Part shown: in pieces, positions 9,816 to 18,280 of the stretch
Numbering within the stretch: position 1 is the first letter of the stretch
How the letters are laid out: every line of letters starts with the position of its first letter
Origin: Patescibacteria group bacterium
GTDB lineage: Bacteria > Patescibacteriota > Patescibacteriia > Patescibacteriales > UBA12465
Assembly (NCBI GenBank): GCA_050949525.1
Contig: JBMNFW010000001.1
Coordinates: 143,890-207,889, forward strand
Length of the DNA stretch: 64,000 nucleotides
Direction: 5' to 3'
Made by a program: the position numbers and the translations under genes
The notes under the pieces: model-generated
What the model was told of the DNA's origin: nothing
The model's database searches: none
Seen by the model: the letters and a program-made list of their open reading frames with translations, nothing else

Positions 9816-10316
9816 ATGGATTTTGATTTTCTTAATATTGAAATATTGCCCGATATACCATTATTTGTGGTGGTTTTTATTGTTTTTGGTATTTTGCTTT
9901 ATTTTCTTTATTATCGTAATCCTAAGGTTATTCGACGGGATTTGGAAAGAAGGTTAGATCAAGGGGGTTATGATAAGGATGGTTATGATCGTTTCGGCTA
10001 TAATCGACAGGGTTTTAATCGAGCTGGTTTTAATGAGAATGGGTTCTCGATTCGAAATTATCGCGCTCAAGATTATGTCAATGGTTTTGATCCTCAGGGT
10101 TATGATGTTTTTGGTTATAATCGTTTTGGTTATAATGAACAAGGTTTTAATCGCCAAGGTTTAGATCGCGAGGGTTATAATTTTGATGGTTATGATGCTG
10201 ATGGTTATAATCGTGCTGGATATAATCGGGATGGTTTTAATCGAGCTGGTTATGATAAATATGGTTATGATAAAGATGGTTATGATCGGCAGGGAAAGGA
10301 TATTTCAGAAATATGA
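9816..10316 (+). CDS. membrane-tethered G-[YF]-[DN]-x-x pentapeptide-repeat protein (no recognised family)
   Basis: 166 aa. One TM helix (IPLFVVVFIVFGILLYFLYY) followed by basic residues, then GYDKDGYDRFGYNRQGFNRAGFNENGF...GYNRAGYNRDGFNRAGYDKYGYDKDGYDRQG. The stop overlaps the smpB start (ATGA). Confidence 0.75.
   Translation: MDFDFLNIEILPDIPLFVVVFIVFGILLYFLYYRNPKVIRRDLERRLDQGGYDKDGYDRFGYNRQGFNRAGFNENGFSIRNYRAQDYVNGFDPQGYDVFGYNRFGYNEQGFNRQGLDREGYNFDGYDADGYNRAGYNRDGFNRAGYDKYGYDKDGYDRQGKDISEI
9963..10295 (+). repeat. about 22 tandem 15-nt units (GGTTATGAT/GGTTATAAT/GGTTTTAAT + 6 nt) encoding the pentapeptide repeat
   Basis: Read directly: ggt tat gat aag gat / ggt tat gat cgt ttc / ggc tat aat cga cag / ggt ttt aat cga gct ... 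The repeat is in frame with the CDS. Confidence 0.85.
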
Positions 10317-10783
10317 AAATATTAGCTATTAATAAAAGGGCTAGTTTTGATTATGAGATTTTAGAAACTTATGAAGCTGGTTTAGTTTTAAGTGGATCGG
10401 AGGTTAAGTCTATTCGACAAGGTCAAGCCAGCCTTAAAGGTTCTTATGTTAGTTTAAAAGTTAACAGTCAAGGACGAGTTGAAGCTTTTTTACTTCAGGC
10501 TCATATTCTACCGTATAAAGCAGCTGGACTGCAACCTGAATATAATAGTGAGAGGCCTCGTAAGCTTTTATTAAAGAAAAAAGAACTGTCTTATTTAATT
10601 GGTAAAAAAGAAGAAAAAGGCTTGACAGTTATTCCGATTAAGTTATATACTAAGAGAAGTTTTATTAAGTTAGAAATTGCCTTGGTTCGAGGAAAGAAGC
10701 TTTTTGATAAGCGGGAAGATTTGAAGAAAAAAGATTTGGATCGGCAATTAAGAACTTTAACAAAAGAAAAACTACGAACTTAA
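10313..10783 (+). CDS. smpB: SsrA-binding protein SmpB
   Basis: 156 aa. KRASFDYEILETYEAGLVLSGSEVKSIR... is canonical SmpB. It is followed immediately by tmRNA. Confidence 0.95.
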   Translation: MKILAINKRASFDYEILETYEAGLVLSGSEVKSIRQGQASLKGSYVSLKVNSQGRVEAFLLQAHILPYKAAGLQPEYNSERPRKLLLKKKELSYLIGKKEEKGLTVIPIKLYTKRSFIKLEIALVRGKKLFDKREDLKKKDLDRQLRTLTKEKLRT

Positions 10784-11167
10784 GGGGATGATTTTTGGGT
10801 TCGATAATAAGAGTTTTTTAAATATTCAAAATGTGTTGAATAATCACAAAAAAATATTCAAAAAATAAGTGTAAAAAATACATTTAAGAAAGCTGCTTTC
10901 TCTTGGAAAGTTCCAGCTTTCGCTCCTGTTGTTGCTTAATAATAGCTTCAACCATCGGCCTGGTGAGGTCTCTATAGCCAGTTCCCGGTGTCAATTATAG
11001 AGATAGATTTTAAGGGTGTTGTCCCTTTAAAATTGAAAGATTAGACAGCTCGTTATTATCTCATTTAGCTTAATTTTAGAGATAATAATTAAATATTTAA
11101 TTAAGCTATTTTTGTAAATGTATTTAAAAAAGCTTGTTAGACACGGGTTCAATTCCCGTCATCTCCA
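10784..11167 (+). ncRNA. ssrA: tmRNA (SsrA), one-piece
   Basis: The 5' GGGGAUG pairs with the 3' CAUCUCC, including the G3.U alanine identity pair. T-arm CGGGTTCAATTCCCG; discriminator A at 11167; CCA not encoded. The internal tag frame is most likely 10892-10936 (AAFSWKVPAFAPVVA), closed by TAA TAA TAG at 10937-10945. It starts 1 nt after the smpB stop. Confidence 0.9.
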
Positions 11168-11182
11168 CAAAATAAAAAATAA

Positions 11183-11266
11183 GCCGCGGTGGCGGAATTG
11201 GTAGACGCGCTGGACTTAAAATCCAGTGATAGCAATATCTTGGGAGTTCGATTCTCCCCCGCGGCA
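11183..11266 (+). tRNA. tRNA-Leu (anticodon UAA)
   Basis: Acceptor GCCGCGG/CCGCGGC, anticodon loop CTTAAAA, long variable arm, T-loop TTCGATT, discriminator A. CCA not encoded. Confidence 0.93.
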
Positions 11267-11277
11267 CTTATTTTTTT

Positions 11278-11349
11278 GCGGGTATGGTATAGTGGCTATT
11301 ATGTAACCTTGCCAAGGTTGAGACACGAGTTCGATTCTCGTTACCCGCT
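11278..11349 (+). tRNA. tRNA-Gly (anticodon GCC)
   Basis: Acceptor GCGGGTA/TACCCGC, anticodon stem-loop TAACC-TTGCCAA-GGTTG, T-loop TTCGATT. CCA not encoded. Confidence 0.93.
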
Positions 11350-11379
11350 CATTTTATTTAATAATAAGATTTATTAAAA

Positions 11380-11943
11380 ATGAGACGAAGATCTAAATTT
11401 TCTAAAAATAATAAAAAAGATTCTAATAAGGATTTTAGAGCTAATGAGAAAATAAAATCTCCTGAGGTTCTTTTAGTTGATGAAAATGGTGAAAGTCAGG
11501 GAGTAATGAAGACCGAAGAGGCTTTGAGTTTAGCACGAGAAGCTGATTTGGATTTGGTTGAGGTTAATCCTCGAGCTAATCCTCCGGTGGTTAAGATTTT
11601 AGATTTAGGTCAGTTTAAGTATGAACAAGATAAAAAAATTCATAAGCAAAAAGTTTTACAAAAAAGAATAGAGTTAAAGAATATTAAATTATCTCTTAGG
11701 ATCAGCAAGCATGATTTAGGGATTAGAGAGGAGCAAGCTTTTAAATTTTTATCAAAAGGTAATAAAATTAAGATTGATTTATTGTTAAGAGGAAGGGAGC
11801 GACAACATTTTGATAAAGCTCGAGAAATAATTACTGATTTTATTAATAGCTTGAAGGCTAGGGAAGAATTAAGGATTGAAGAAGAACAACCCTTGACAAA
11901 ACAGCCAGGAGGCTTTACTATAATACTAGTTAATAAAAAGTAA
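11380..11943 (+). CDS. infC: translation initiation factor IF-3
   Basis: 187 aa. The core INEKIKSPEVLLVDENGESQGVMKTEEALSLAREADLDLVEV...VKILDLGQFKYE is canonical IF-3, with a Lys-rich N-terminal extension. ATG start. Confidence 0.93.
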   Translation: MRRRSKFSKNNKKDSNKDFRANEKIKSPEVLLVDENGESQGVMKTEEALSLAREADLDLVEVNPRANPPVVKILDLGQFKYEQDKKIHKQKVLQKRIELKNIKLSLRISKHDLGIREEQAFKFLSKGNKIKIDLLLRGRERQHFDKAREIITDFINSLKAREELRIEEEQPLTKQPGGFTIILVNKK

Positions 11944-11956
11944 TATTAGCTAAGTT

Positions 11957-11979
11957 CAGGTTTTGATAACCTGTTTTTT
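11957..11979 (+). terminator. terminator-like hairpin between infC and rpmI (possible attenuator)
   Basis: CAGGTT (11957-11962), loop TTGAT, AACCTG (11968-11973), then T6. Confidence 0.45.
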
Positions 11980-11996
11980 AGCGTTTTTATAATAAT

Positions 11997-12194
11997 ATGC
12001 CAAAAATTAAGACACACAAGGCCACGGTTAAGCGAATTACTAAGACTGCTAAAGGTAAGGTTAGGCATCGTAAGGCTGGGCAAGATCATTTTAATGCTAA
12101 AGAATCTGGTAATGCTACTAGAAAAAAAAGAAGAGACTTAGAAATGAGTTCAACATTAACCAAGACAGTTAATAAGTTAACACCTTATAAATAA
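11997..12194 (+). CDS. rpmI: 50S ribosomal protein L35
   Basis: 65 aa, MPKIKTHKATVKRITKTAKGKVRHRKAGQDH... Confidence 0.95.
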   Translation: MPKIKTHKATVKRITKTAKGKVRHRKAGQDHFNAKESGNATRKKRRDLEMSSTLTKTVNKLTPYK

Positions 12195-12206
12195 TTCATT
12201 AATTTT

Positions 12207-12563
12207 ATGCCACGAGTTAAAAGAGGAACTATCCATACTAAAAGAAGAAAGAAGCTTTTACAACAAGTTAAGGGTTTTAAGTGGGGTCGAAAAAAATTAA
12301 TTCGATTAGCTAAGACTGCTCAAACTAAGGCGGGAGCTCATGCTTTTCGTGATCGTCGTCGTAAGAAAAGAACTAATCGAGCTTTATGGCAAGTAAAAAT
12401 TAATGCTTTTGTTAGAGAGCATGATTTGTCATACTCTAAATTTATGGACTTGTTAAAGAAAAACCAAATTGAGATGGATCGAAAAGTTTTAGCTGATTTA
12501 GCTGTTAATAATAAGGAAGTTTTAGTGAAAATAGTTGAAGAGCTTAAGTCTAAACAAAAATAA
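12207..12563 (+). CDS. rplT: 50S ribosomal protein L20
   Basis: 118 aa, MPRVKRGTIHTKRRKKLLQQVKGFKWGRKKL...AFRDRRRKKR... Confidence 0.95.
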   Translation: MPRVKRGTIHTKRRKKLLQQVKGFKWGRKKLIRLAKTAQTKAGAHAFRDRRRKKRTNRALWQVKINAFVREHDLSYSKFMDLLKKNQIEMDRKVLADLAVNNKEVLVKIVEELKSKQK

Positions 12564-12565
12564 TT

Positions 12566-12778
12566 ATGATCAAAATAATCCAACTTATAATTTCTATTTT
12601 ATTAATAATAGTTATTTTACTACAGAGTAAAGGAACAGCTTTAGGTGGAGTATTTGGTGGTAGTAATACAGTTTTTTTAACTAAAAGAGGAATTGAAAAA
12701 AAACTTTTTATTTTAACTATTATTTTAGCCGTTTTATTTTTTGCGGTTTCTTTAGGTTCAATTTTATTAGATAAATAA
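12566..12778 (+). CDS. secG: preprotein translocase subunit SecG
   Basis: 70 aa with two TM helices and the LLQSKGTALGGVFGGS motif typical of SecG. Confidence 0.8.
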   Translation: MIKIIQLIISILLIIVILLQSKGTALGGVFGGSNTVFLTKRGIEKKLFILTIILAVLFFAVSLGSILLDK

Positions 12779-12795
12779 AGCTTTAATTTTGCTTT

Positions 12796-14871
12796 GTGAA
12801 TACTGATAATATCTCAAAACAATCAGATCAGAAGATGTCTTTTAGAAAAAGAAGTATATTTTCTAGAGTTTTTTCTTGCTTTAGTCGAAAAAAGAAAAAA
12901 GATCCTTTTGGTGATTTAAATCGTAAATTAGTTTATTCTTTATCTCCCAAGAAGATTCCTAGTATTAAGCAAGTAAAATATTTGAAAAGGGTTCTAGGTC
13001 CTCGGGAAAAAAAGATTTTGAATTTTTCATTAGTAGCTATTCTTTTAGTTATAATATTTTTTGCTTTTAGATTTTATCAAAAACATTTAATTATTAGCCC
13101 AGCTTTTGGTGGTAAGTATACTGAGGGGCTTCTTGGAACTCCTAAAAATATCAACCCTCTTTATGACGTGGCTCGGGATGTTGATAGTGATATTAGTCGT
13201 TTAATATATTCGGCTCTTTTTAAGAGAGATGCTGTTGGAAATTTAGTTAATGATTTGGTTGAGAGTTATAATGTTAGTGAAAATGGTCTAGAATATGATA
13301 TTAAAATTAGGGAGGGTGTTAAGTGGCATCATGGTGAAGATTTAAGCTCTAATGATATTGTTTTTACCTTTGAAGCGATTAAGAATCCGGATTACGGTTC
13401 ACCATTACGTAATACTTTTTCTGGAGTTAGTATTTCTAAAATAGATGAATATTCAGTAAAGTTTACTTTATCCGAATCTTATTCATCTTTTTTAGAGCTA
13501 TTAACTTTTGGAATTTTACCTGAAAGTTTATGGATTAATATCAGTCCGTCTAATGCTTATTTACATGAATTAAATATTAAACCGATCGGTTCTGGTCCTT
13601 ATAAGTTTAGATCGCTGACTAAAAATAAGTCTGGTGAAATAAAAGAATTTCTTTTAGTTGCTAATAGTGATTATTTTCTTCAAACCCCTTATATTGATAG
13701 ATTAGTTTTAAAGTTTTTTAATAATTACAACGAATTAAGCTCGGCTTTGAATAATAATCAGATTGATGGAATTAGTTATTTACCTCACGCTTTGAAATCT
13801 GATTTAGTATCACAGAGTTCTTTGAATTTTAATAAAATAAATTTACCTCAAATTACTTCAATCTTTTTTAGTAAGAAGAATAATAGTATTTTAAATGATA
13901 AAAATATTCGCCAAATATTGTCTCGCCTTATAGATAAGAACAAGATTTGCGATGAAATTTTTTCTGGTAATGCTAGAAGAGCTGATGGCCCTATTTTACC
14001 TAGCAGTGCCTCTTATCAAGAGATGGAAGAAAAATATAATTATGATTATGATTTAGCTAGTAAATTATTAGATGAAGCCTCTTGGGAGCTCTTTAATTTT
14101 GAAGAATCAGAATTATTATCAATACGAGAGCTGATAGATTTAGAGGGTCAAGCTCCTAGTACTGAAGCTTTAGAGGAGGAGGGAGCTGATTTTTCTGATT
14201 ATTTTAATCGACTAGAAGAACAAAAGGGGATAGTAGTTTCTATTGATAAGTGGGAAGTTAAAAAATATATTGTAAAAAACTTATCATTAATTGAAGATGA
14301 TATTATCGGAGCTTGGCGATTTAAAAAGTCTAGTGATAAAAATAAGGTTTATGATTTTTTAATGGTTAATTTAACTACCGTTGACTTAGCTGATAATATT
14401 ATGGTAGCTGAATTTATTAAAGATTCCTGGGATCGAGCTGGAGTTAAAACTTTTTTGAAAGTTATAAGTCCTAGTCAAGTTCAGACTGATATCATTAAAC
14501 AAAAAAACTTTGAAGCTTTGCTTTTGGGTCAGGTAGTTGGTGGTGATCAGGATAATTATGCTTTTTGGCACTCTTCTCAAATTGGAGATAACGGTTTAAA
14601 TATTTCGGAGTATAAAAATAAGGAAGTTGATAAACTTTTAGAAGAAGCTCGTCTATCTTTAAATTCAGAAGAAAAGATTAATAATTATAAGAAGTTTCAA
14701 GAAACTTTAAATAAAGATTTTCCAATCATATTTTTATATTTTCCAACTTATACCTATGTTCAGAATAAGAAAATTAAAGGTTTTGATTTTGAAAATATTT
14801 TAAATCCAGCTGATCGTTTTAATAATATTTCTCAGTGGTATATAAAAGTTAATAGAAAAATTAAATTTTAA
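12796..14871 (+). CDS. membrane-anchored family-5 (peptide/nickel type) ABC substrate-binding protein
   Basis: 691 aa with an N-terminal TM anchor. The core (GGKYTEGLLGTPKNINPLY...LVESYNVSENGLEYDIKIREGVKWHHGEDLSSNDIVFTFE) matches the SBP_bac_5 layout. GTG start at 12796; an alternative ATG lies at 12835. No permease or ATPase genes are adjacent. Confidence 0.8.
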   Translation: MNTDNISKQSDQKMSFRKRSIFSRVFSCFSRKKKKDPFGDLNRKLVYSLSPKKIPSIKQVKYLKRVLGPREKKILNFSLVAILLVIIFFAFRFYQKHLIISPAFGGKYTEGLLGTPKNINPLYDVARDVDSDISRLIYSALFKRDAVGNLVNDLVESYNVSENGLEYDIKIREGVKWHHGEDLSSNDIVFTFEAIKNPDYGSPLRNTFSGVSISKIDEYSVKFTLSESYSSFLELLTFGILPESLWINISPSNAYLHELNIKPIGSGPYKFRSLTKNKSGEIKEFLLVANSDYFLQTPYIDRLVLKFFNNYNELSSALNNNQIDGISYLPHALKSDLVSQSSLNFNKINLPQITSIFFSKKNNSILNDKNIRQILSRLIDKNKICDEIFSGNARRADGPILPSSASYQEMEEKYNYDYDLASKLLDEASWELFNFEESELLSIRELIDLEGQAPSTEALEEEGADFSDYFNRLEEQKGIVVSIDKWEVKKYIVKNLSLIEDDIIGAWRFKKSSDKNKVYDFLMVNLTTVDLADNIMVAEFIKDSWDRAGVKTFLKVISPSQVQTDIIKQKNFEALLLGQVVGGDQDNYAFWHSSQIGDNGLNISEYKNKEVDKLLEEARLSLNSEEKINNYKKFQETLNKDFPIIFLYFPTYTYVQNKKIKGFDFENILNPADRFNNISQWYIKVNRKIKF

Positions 14872-14898
14872 ATCTCTAAAAATAAAACTTAATCGTAG

Positions 14899-14925
14899 AC
14901 TTTAAATATTTTAAATATTTAAAGT
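14899..14925 (+). promoter_or_regulatory. perfect 12-bp AT-rich hairpin upstream of rnj
   Basis: ACTTTAAATATT (14899-14910), loop TTA, AATATTTAAAGT (14914-14925). No strong T-run follows. Confidence 0.35.
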
Positions 14926-14936
14926 TGCTTATTGTT

Positions 14937-16766
14937 ATGACAAATAAACAGAAAAATGATTCAAAAAAAACACCTCTAGTTAGTAAGTATAAAAGTCGGA
15001 CTAAGTTTCCTACTAAAAGAACTAGGGTGGTAGAAAAAGATAATTTGAAAATAAAAAATCAATATTATATTGGCCAGCTTCGAGTTATAGTCTTGGGTGG
15101 ATTAGAAGAAGTAGGTCGAAATATGACTGTGATTGAATATGAAAAAGAAATAATCATAATTGATATGGGCTTACAATTTCCTGAAGAAGATATGCCCGGA
15201 ATTGATTATATTATTCCCAACGTTACTTATTTAGAAGATAAAATTGATCGAATTAAAGCTGTTTTCATTACTCATGGTCATTATGACCATATTGGCGGTA
15301 TTCCTCATATTATGGGTAAAATTGGTAACCCACCAATGTTTATGGGTAAAATGACAGCCGGATTGGTGCAAAAAAGGATATTAGATTTTAAGAAAGCGCC
15401 GACTTTAAAGATAAAAGAAATTACTGAAAATGATCGGGTTAAGATTTCAGATAAAATTCAAGTAGAATTTTTACGGGTTAATCATTCTATTCCTGATTGT
15501 TTTGCTATTATTGTTAACACTCCTCTCGGTAAGGTAGTTCATACTGGTGATTTTAAAATTGATTTTTCACCAGTTAATGATAAGCCAGCTGATTTAAATC
15601 GTATCGCTCAATTAGGAGCCGAAAATATATTACTTCTGATGTCGGATTCAACTGATGCTACTCATCCTGGTTATCAAATTTCTGAATCAGCTATTGGAGA
15701 TGAAATGGGAAAATTATTTGAAAAAGCTTCAGGACGAATTATCATTGGTACTTTTGCTTCTCAACTTAGTCGGGTTCAAAAGATTTTTGATTTAGCTAAA
15801 AAATATGGCCGTCGAGTTTCTCTTCAGGGGCGTAGCATGAATGATAACGTTGATGTGGCTCATAAGATTGGTTATTTGAAATTTGATCCTAGAATTATTG
15901 TTGAGGACAAGGATTTAAATCGCTTAAGAGACGATAAAGTTATTATTATTGGTACTGGTGCTCAGGGAGAGAGTAATGCTTTTTTATCTCGAGTAGTTAA
16001 TGATGAGCATCGCGTAGTGCGTTTAAAGCCTGGAGATACTGTTATTTTTTCCTCTTCAGTTATTCCTGGCAATGAAAGAAGTATTCAGAATTTAATGGAC
16101 ATGGTGGTTCGACAGGGAGCTAAAGTTATTAATTATAAGATGATGGATATTCATGCTGGTGGACATGCTAAGGCTGAAGATTTAAAGCTTATGATGCGTT
16201 TAGTTAAGCCTCAATATTTTATGCCCATCGAAGCTAACCATTATATGCTTCAAGCTCATGCTGAGTTAGCTGAACAGGTGGGAATTCCATCGGAAAATAT
16301 TTTTGTGGCTGATAATGGTCAGGTAGTTAAATTTAAAAAAGGACAAAAAATTATTGATGGTAAAAAATATGAAGTATTAGGAGAATTAAGTCAAGAAAAA
16401 GTTCCGACTGATTATGTAATGGTTGATGGTTTAGGAGTCGGAGATGTATCTAATATTGTTTTAAGAGATCGTCGTGTTATGGCTGAAGATGGAATGATAG
16501 TAGTGATTGTGACAATTGATTCTAAGACCGGAGATTTAATTGGTAGTCCTGATTTAATTTCTCGTGGTTTTATTTATATGAAAGAAAATCGAGATTTGAT
16601 TGAAAAAACCAGATCTAGGGTTAGAGCAATTGTTCGCGATAAAAACCCTAATACTCCAGCTGATGATGATTATATAAAGAATAAAATTAGGAACGAAGTT
16701 GGTCAATTTCTCTTTAATGCTACCAAGAGAAGGCCGATGGTTTTGCCGGTAGTTATTAAAGTTTAG
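14937..16766 (+). CDS. rnj: ribonuclease J (beta-CASP metallo-beta-lactamase RNase)
   Basis: Contains HGHYDHIGG and the beta-CASP and C-terminal domains. I prefer ATG 14937 (MTNKQKND...) over the track's TTG at 14925, which lies inside the upstream hairpin. Confidence 0.92.
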   Translation: MTNKQKNDSKKTPLVSKYKSRTKFPTKRTRVVEKDNLKIKNQYYIGQLRVIVLGGLEEVGRNMTVIEYEKEIIIIDMGLQFPEEDMPGIDYIIPNVTYLEDKIDRIKAVFITHGHYDHIGGIPHIMGKIGNPPMFMGKMTAGLVQKRILDFKKAPTLKIKEITENDRVKISDKIQVEFLRVNHSIPDCFAIIVNTPLGKVVHTGDFKIDFSPVNDKPADLNRIAQLGAENILLLMSDSTDATHPGYQISESAIGDEMGKLFEKASGRIIIGTFASQLSRVQKIFDLAKKYGRRVSLQGRSMNDNVDVAHKIGYLKFDPRIIVEDKDLNRLRDDKVIIIGTGAQGESNAFLSRVVNDEHRVVRLKPGDTVIFSSSVIPGNERSIQNLMDMVVRQGAKVINYKMMDIHAGGHAKAEDLKLMMRLVKPQYFMPIEANHYMLQAHAELAEQVGIPSENIFVADNGQVVKFKKGQKIIDGKKYEVLGELSQEKVPTDYVMVDGLGVGDVSNIVLRDRRVMAEDGMIVVIVTIDSKTGDLIGSPDLISRGFIYMKENRDLIEKTRSRVRAIVRDKNPNTPADDDYIKNKIRNEVGQFLFNATKRRPMVLPVVIKV

Positions 16767-16768
16767 CT

Positions 16769-17857
16769 CTGAATAAGTTCAGATACATTTTGGAAAATAA
16801 AAAGCCCAAAATGTATGCAGATAAAGTTTAAGTACTATAATTGTCCCGGATTTGGTACATTATATAATGATGCAATTAAGCAAAAATATATGATTACCAA
16901 AGAAGCTAGACAAAGACTCAAAATATTAGAATTTTGAAAGCAATATGGCCTTCAAGCCACTACTGATGCCTTTGGGGTTAAAAAATCTACCCTATACAAT
17001 TGACAAAAAATATTTAGAGAAGGGGGTGGCAAGATAGAAGCTCTCAATCCTAAATCCCAAGCTAGGATTAACAAGAATAAAAGAGAAATACATCCTCTGA
17101 TATTAAAAGAGATTAGACGTTTAAGACTAGAGATTTGTCCTAATATGGGTAAAACTAAAGTTAAAAAATTTTTAGATAAATTTTGTGAAATTAATAATTT
17201 ACCAATATACTCAGAATCAAAGATAGGTAGAATTATTAAAGATAAAGATATATATCATCATAGACAGAAAATATCTCATTTTGGTAAGATTAAAAAAATT
17301 AAAAAAACTAAAAAGAAAAGAAAACCTAAGGAATTACAAGTAAATAATCCTGGGGATTTAATAGAGATAGATACTGTTGTTAGATTTCACAATGGATTAA
17401 AGAGATATATTATTACCGCTGTTGATACTTTTAGCCGAACAGCTTTCGCTTATGCCTATAACAGAATTAGTAGCTCTAATGCTAAAGATTTTTTTAAAAA
17501 ATTAGAAGAAGTCATGCCCTTTAATATTAAGGCTGTTCAGACTGATAATGGTTTAGAATTCCATCTCTATTTTAAAAAATACTTAGAAGAGAGAAAAATT
17601 GAGCATTATTTCAATTATCCAGGTAGACCATACAAACAGGGTCATATTGAGAAGTTTAATAGGACTATTCAAGAAGAATTCATTGATTGGAGTGGTGAAA
17701 AATACTTTGATAATTTAGATGATTTTAATAATTTGTTAATTGATTGGCTTCTTTGGTATAATACCGATAGACCACATTGGAGCCTTGAATTAGTATCTCC
17801 GATGAATTATTTGGTTAATAATAATTTTTTTTCCAAAATGACGTGGACTAATACAAG
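16769..17857 (+). mobile_element. IS481-like insertion sequence, copy 1 (1089 bp, transposase interrupted)
   Basis: Collinear with 20140-21228, differing at only 3 positions that I could find: C/T at 16848, TGG->TGA at 16935-16937, and TGG->TGA at 17001-17003. Imperfect terminal inverted repeats share an inner CATTTTGGAAAA. Flanked by CT on both sides. Confidence 0.9.
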
Positions 17858-17864
17858 CTCTTGA
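16815..17864 (+). pseudogene. IS481-like DDE transposase with two in-frame TGA codons
   Basis: Same frame as the intact copy at 20186-21244. Codons 41 and 63 (Trp in copy 2) are TGA here. The largest remaining ORF is 17145-17864 (catalytic core only). Confidence 0.85.
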
Positions 17865-17889
17865 CTTTATTTGAAAAATGTGCTAGCTT
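17861..17889 (+). promoter_or_regulatory. candidate promoter abutting the IS right end (TTGACT, 17 nt spacer, TGcTAGCTT)
   Basis: TTGACT at 17861-17866, 17-nt spacer, TG at 17881-17882, TAGCTT at 17884-17889. Confidence 0.35.
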
Positions 17890-17917
17890 TAAAATAGTAC
17901 ATTTAAATATATTAGAT

Positions 17918-18172
17918 ATGATTAAAAAAATGAAAGGAGATCTCCTTCATCCTTTCATTATGTTGATTAGTAAAAAGGAATTAAATGATATACTAGAGGG
18001 ATTGAAGGAGATCTTAGAGGAGGGAATTACAACTAATGAGTTGTACCCTCCAGAAAAGTTTTTGAAACACTCCTCTATAGTGGCGGAGGAGTATATTAGA
18101 TTCTTTGAAGAGAAGAATCGAAGCCACGACCCAGGAAAGCTCATTAGCCTGGGCTTACCTTCAAAAAATTAA
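17918..18172 (+). CDS. hypothetical protein (84 aa from ATG 17918)
   Basis: ORF-track frame 17861-18172. The TTG at 17861 coincides with a -35-like box, so I prefer the ATG at 17918 (MIKKMKGDLLHPF...). No recognisable motif. Confidence 0.4.
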   Translation: MIKKMKGDLLHPFIMLISKKELNDILEGLKEILEEGITTNELYPPEKFLKHSSIVAEEYIRFFEEKNRSHDPGKLISLGLPSKN

Positions 18173-18201
18173 CGCTTTCAACAATGGGAGCGTTTTTTTA
18201 A

Positions 18202-18231
18202 TTTACAAGACTTATTTTTTTTTGGTATAAT
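18202..18231 (+). promoter_or_regulatory. candidate promoter (TTTACA, 18 nt spacer, TGgTATAAT)
   Basis: TTTACA at 18202-18207 and TATAAT at 18226-18231, with TG two nt upstream of the -10. Confidence 0.4.
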
Positions 18232-18251
18232 AAAAGAGGTATATTTTGCTA

Positions 18252-18280
18252 TTGACTAAAATTATATTTTATGATATAAT
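18252..18280 (+). promoter_or_regulatory. candidate promoter (TTGACT, 17 nt spacer, TGaTATAAT)
   Basis: TTGACT at 18252-18257 and TATAAT at 18275-18280, with extended -10 TG at 18272-18273. Confidence 0.55.

Noticed and set aside
9954-10164. Two extra ORFs (minus 9954-10157, plus 9970-10164), and the possibility that the 15-nt periodicity is a CRISPR-like or non-coding array
   Set aside because: Both ORFs are alternative frames of the same tandem repeat and translate to I/L/T/M low-complexity strings. The period is 15 nt with no unique spacers, and it is in frame with a TM-anchored CDS. It is a coding repeat, not a CRISPR array.
11189-11377. 62-aa ORF
   Set aside because: It lies entirely across tRNA-Leu and tRNA-Gly.
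14925-14936. TTG start for RNase J given by the track
   Set aside because: The TTG is the last base triplet region of a perfect 12-bp hairpin. The ATG 12 nt downstream gives the same protein minus four residues. Low stakes either way.
16935-17003. Genome-wide UGA reassignment (code 4 or 25), suggested by the TGG->TGA changes in IS copy 1
   Set aside because: All housekeeping genes in the window give full-length proteins under the standard code. TGA also closes at least one real gene (10314-10316, overlapping the smpB start). The TGAs are confined to one IS copy.
17861-17917. TTG start at 17861 for the 103-aa ORF
   Set aside because: The TTG is the first triplet of a -35-like TTGACT with a properly spaced extended -10, so it is probably upstream of the transcript start.
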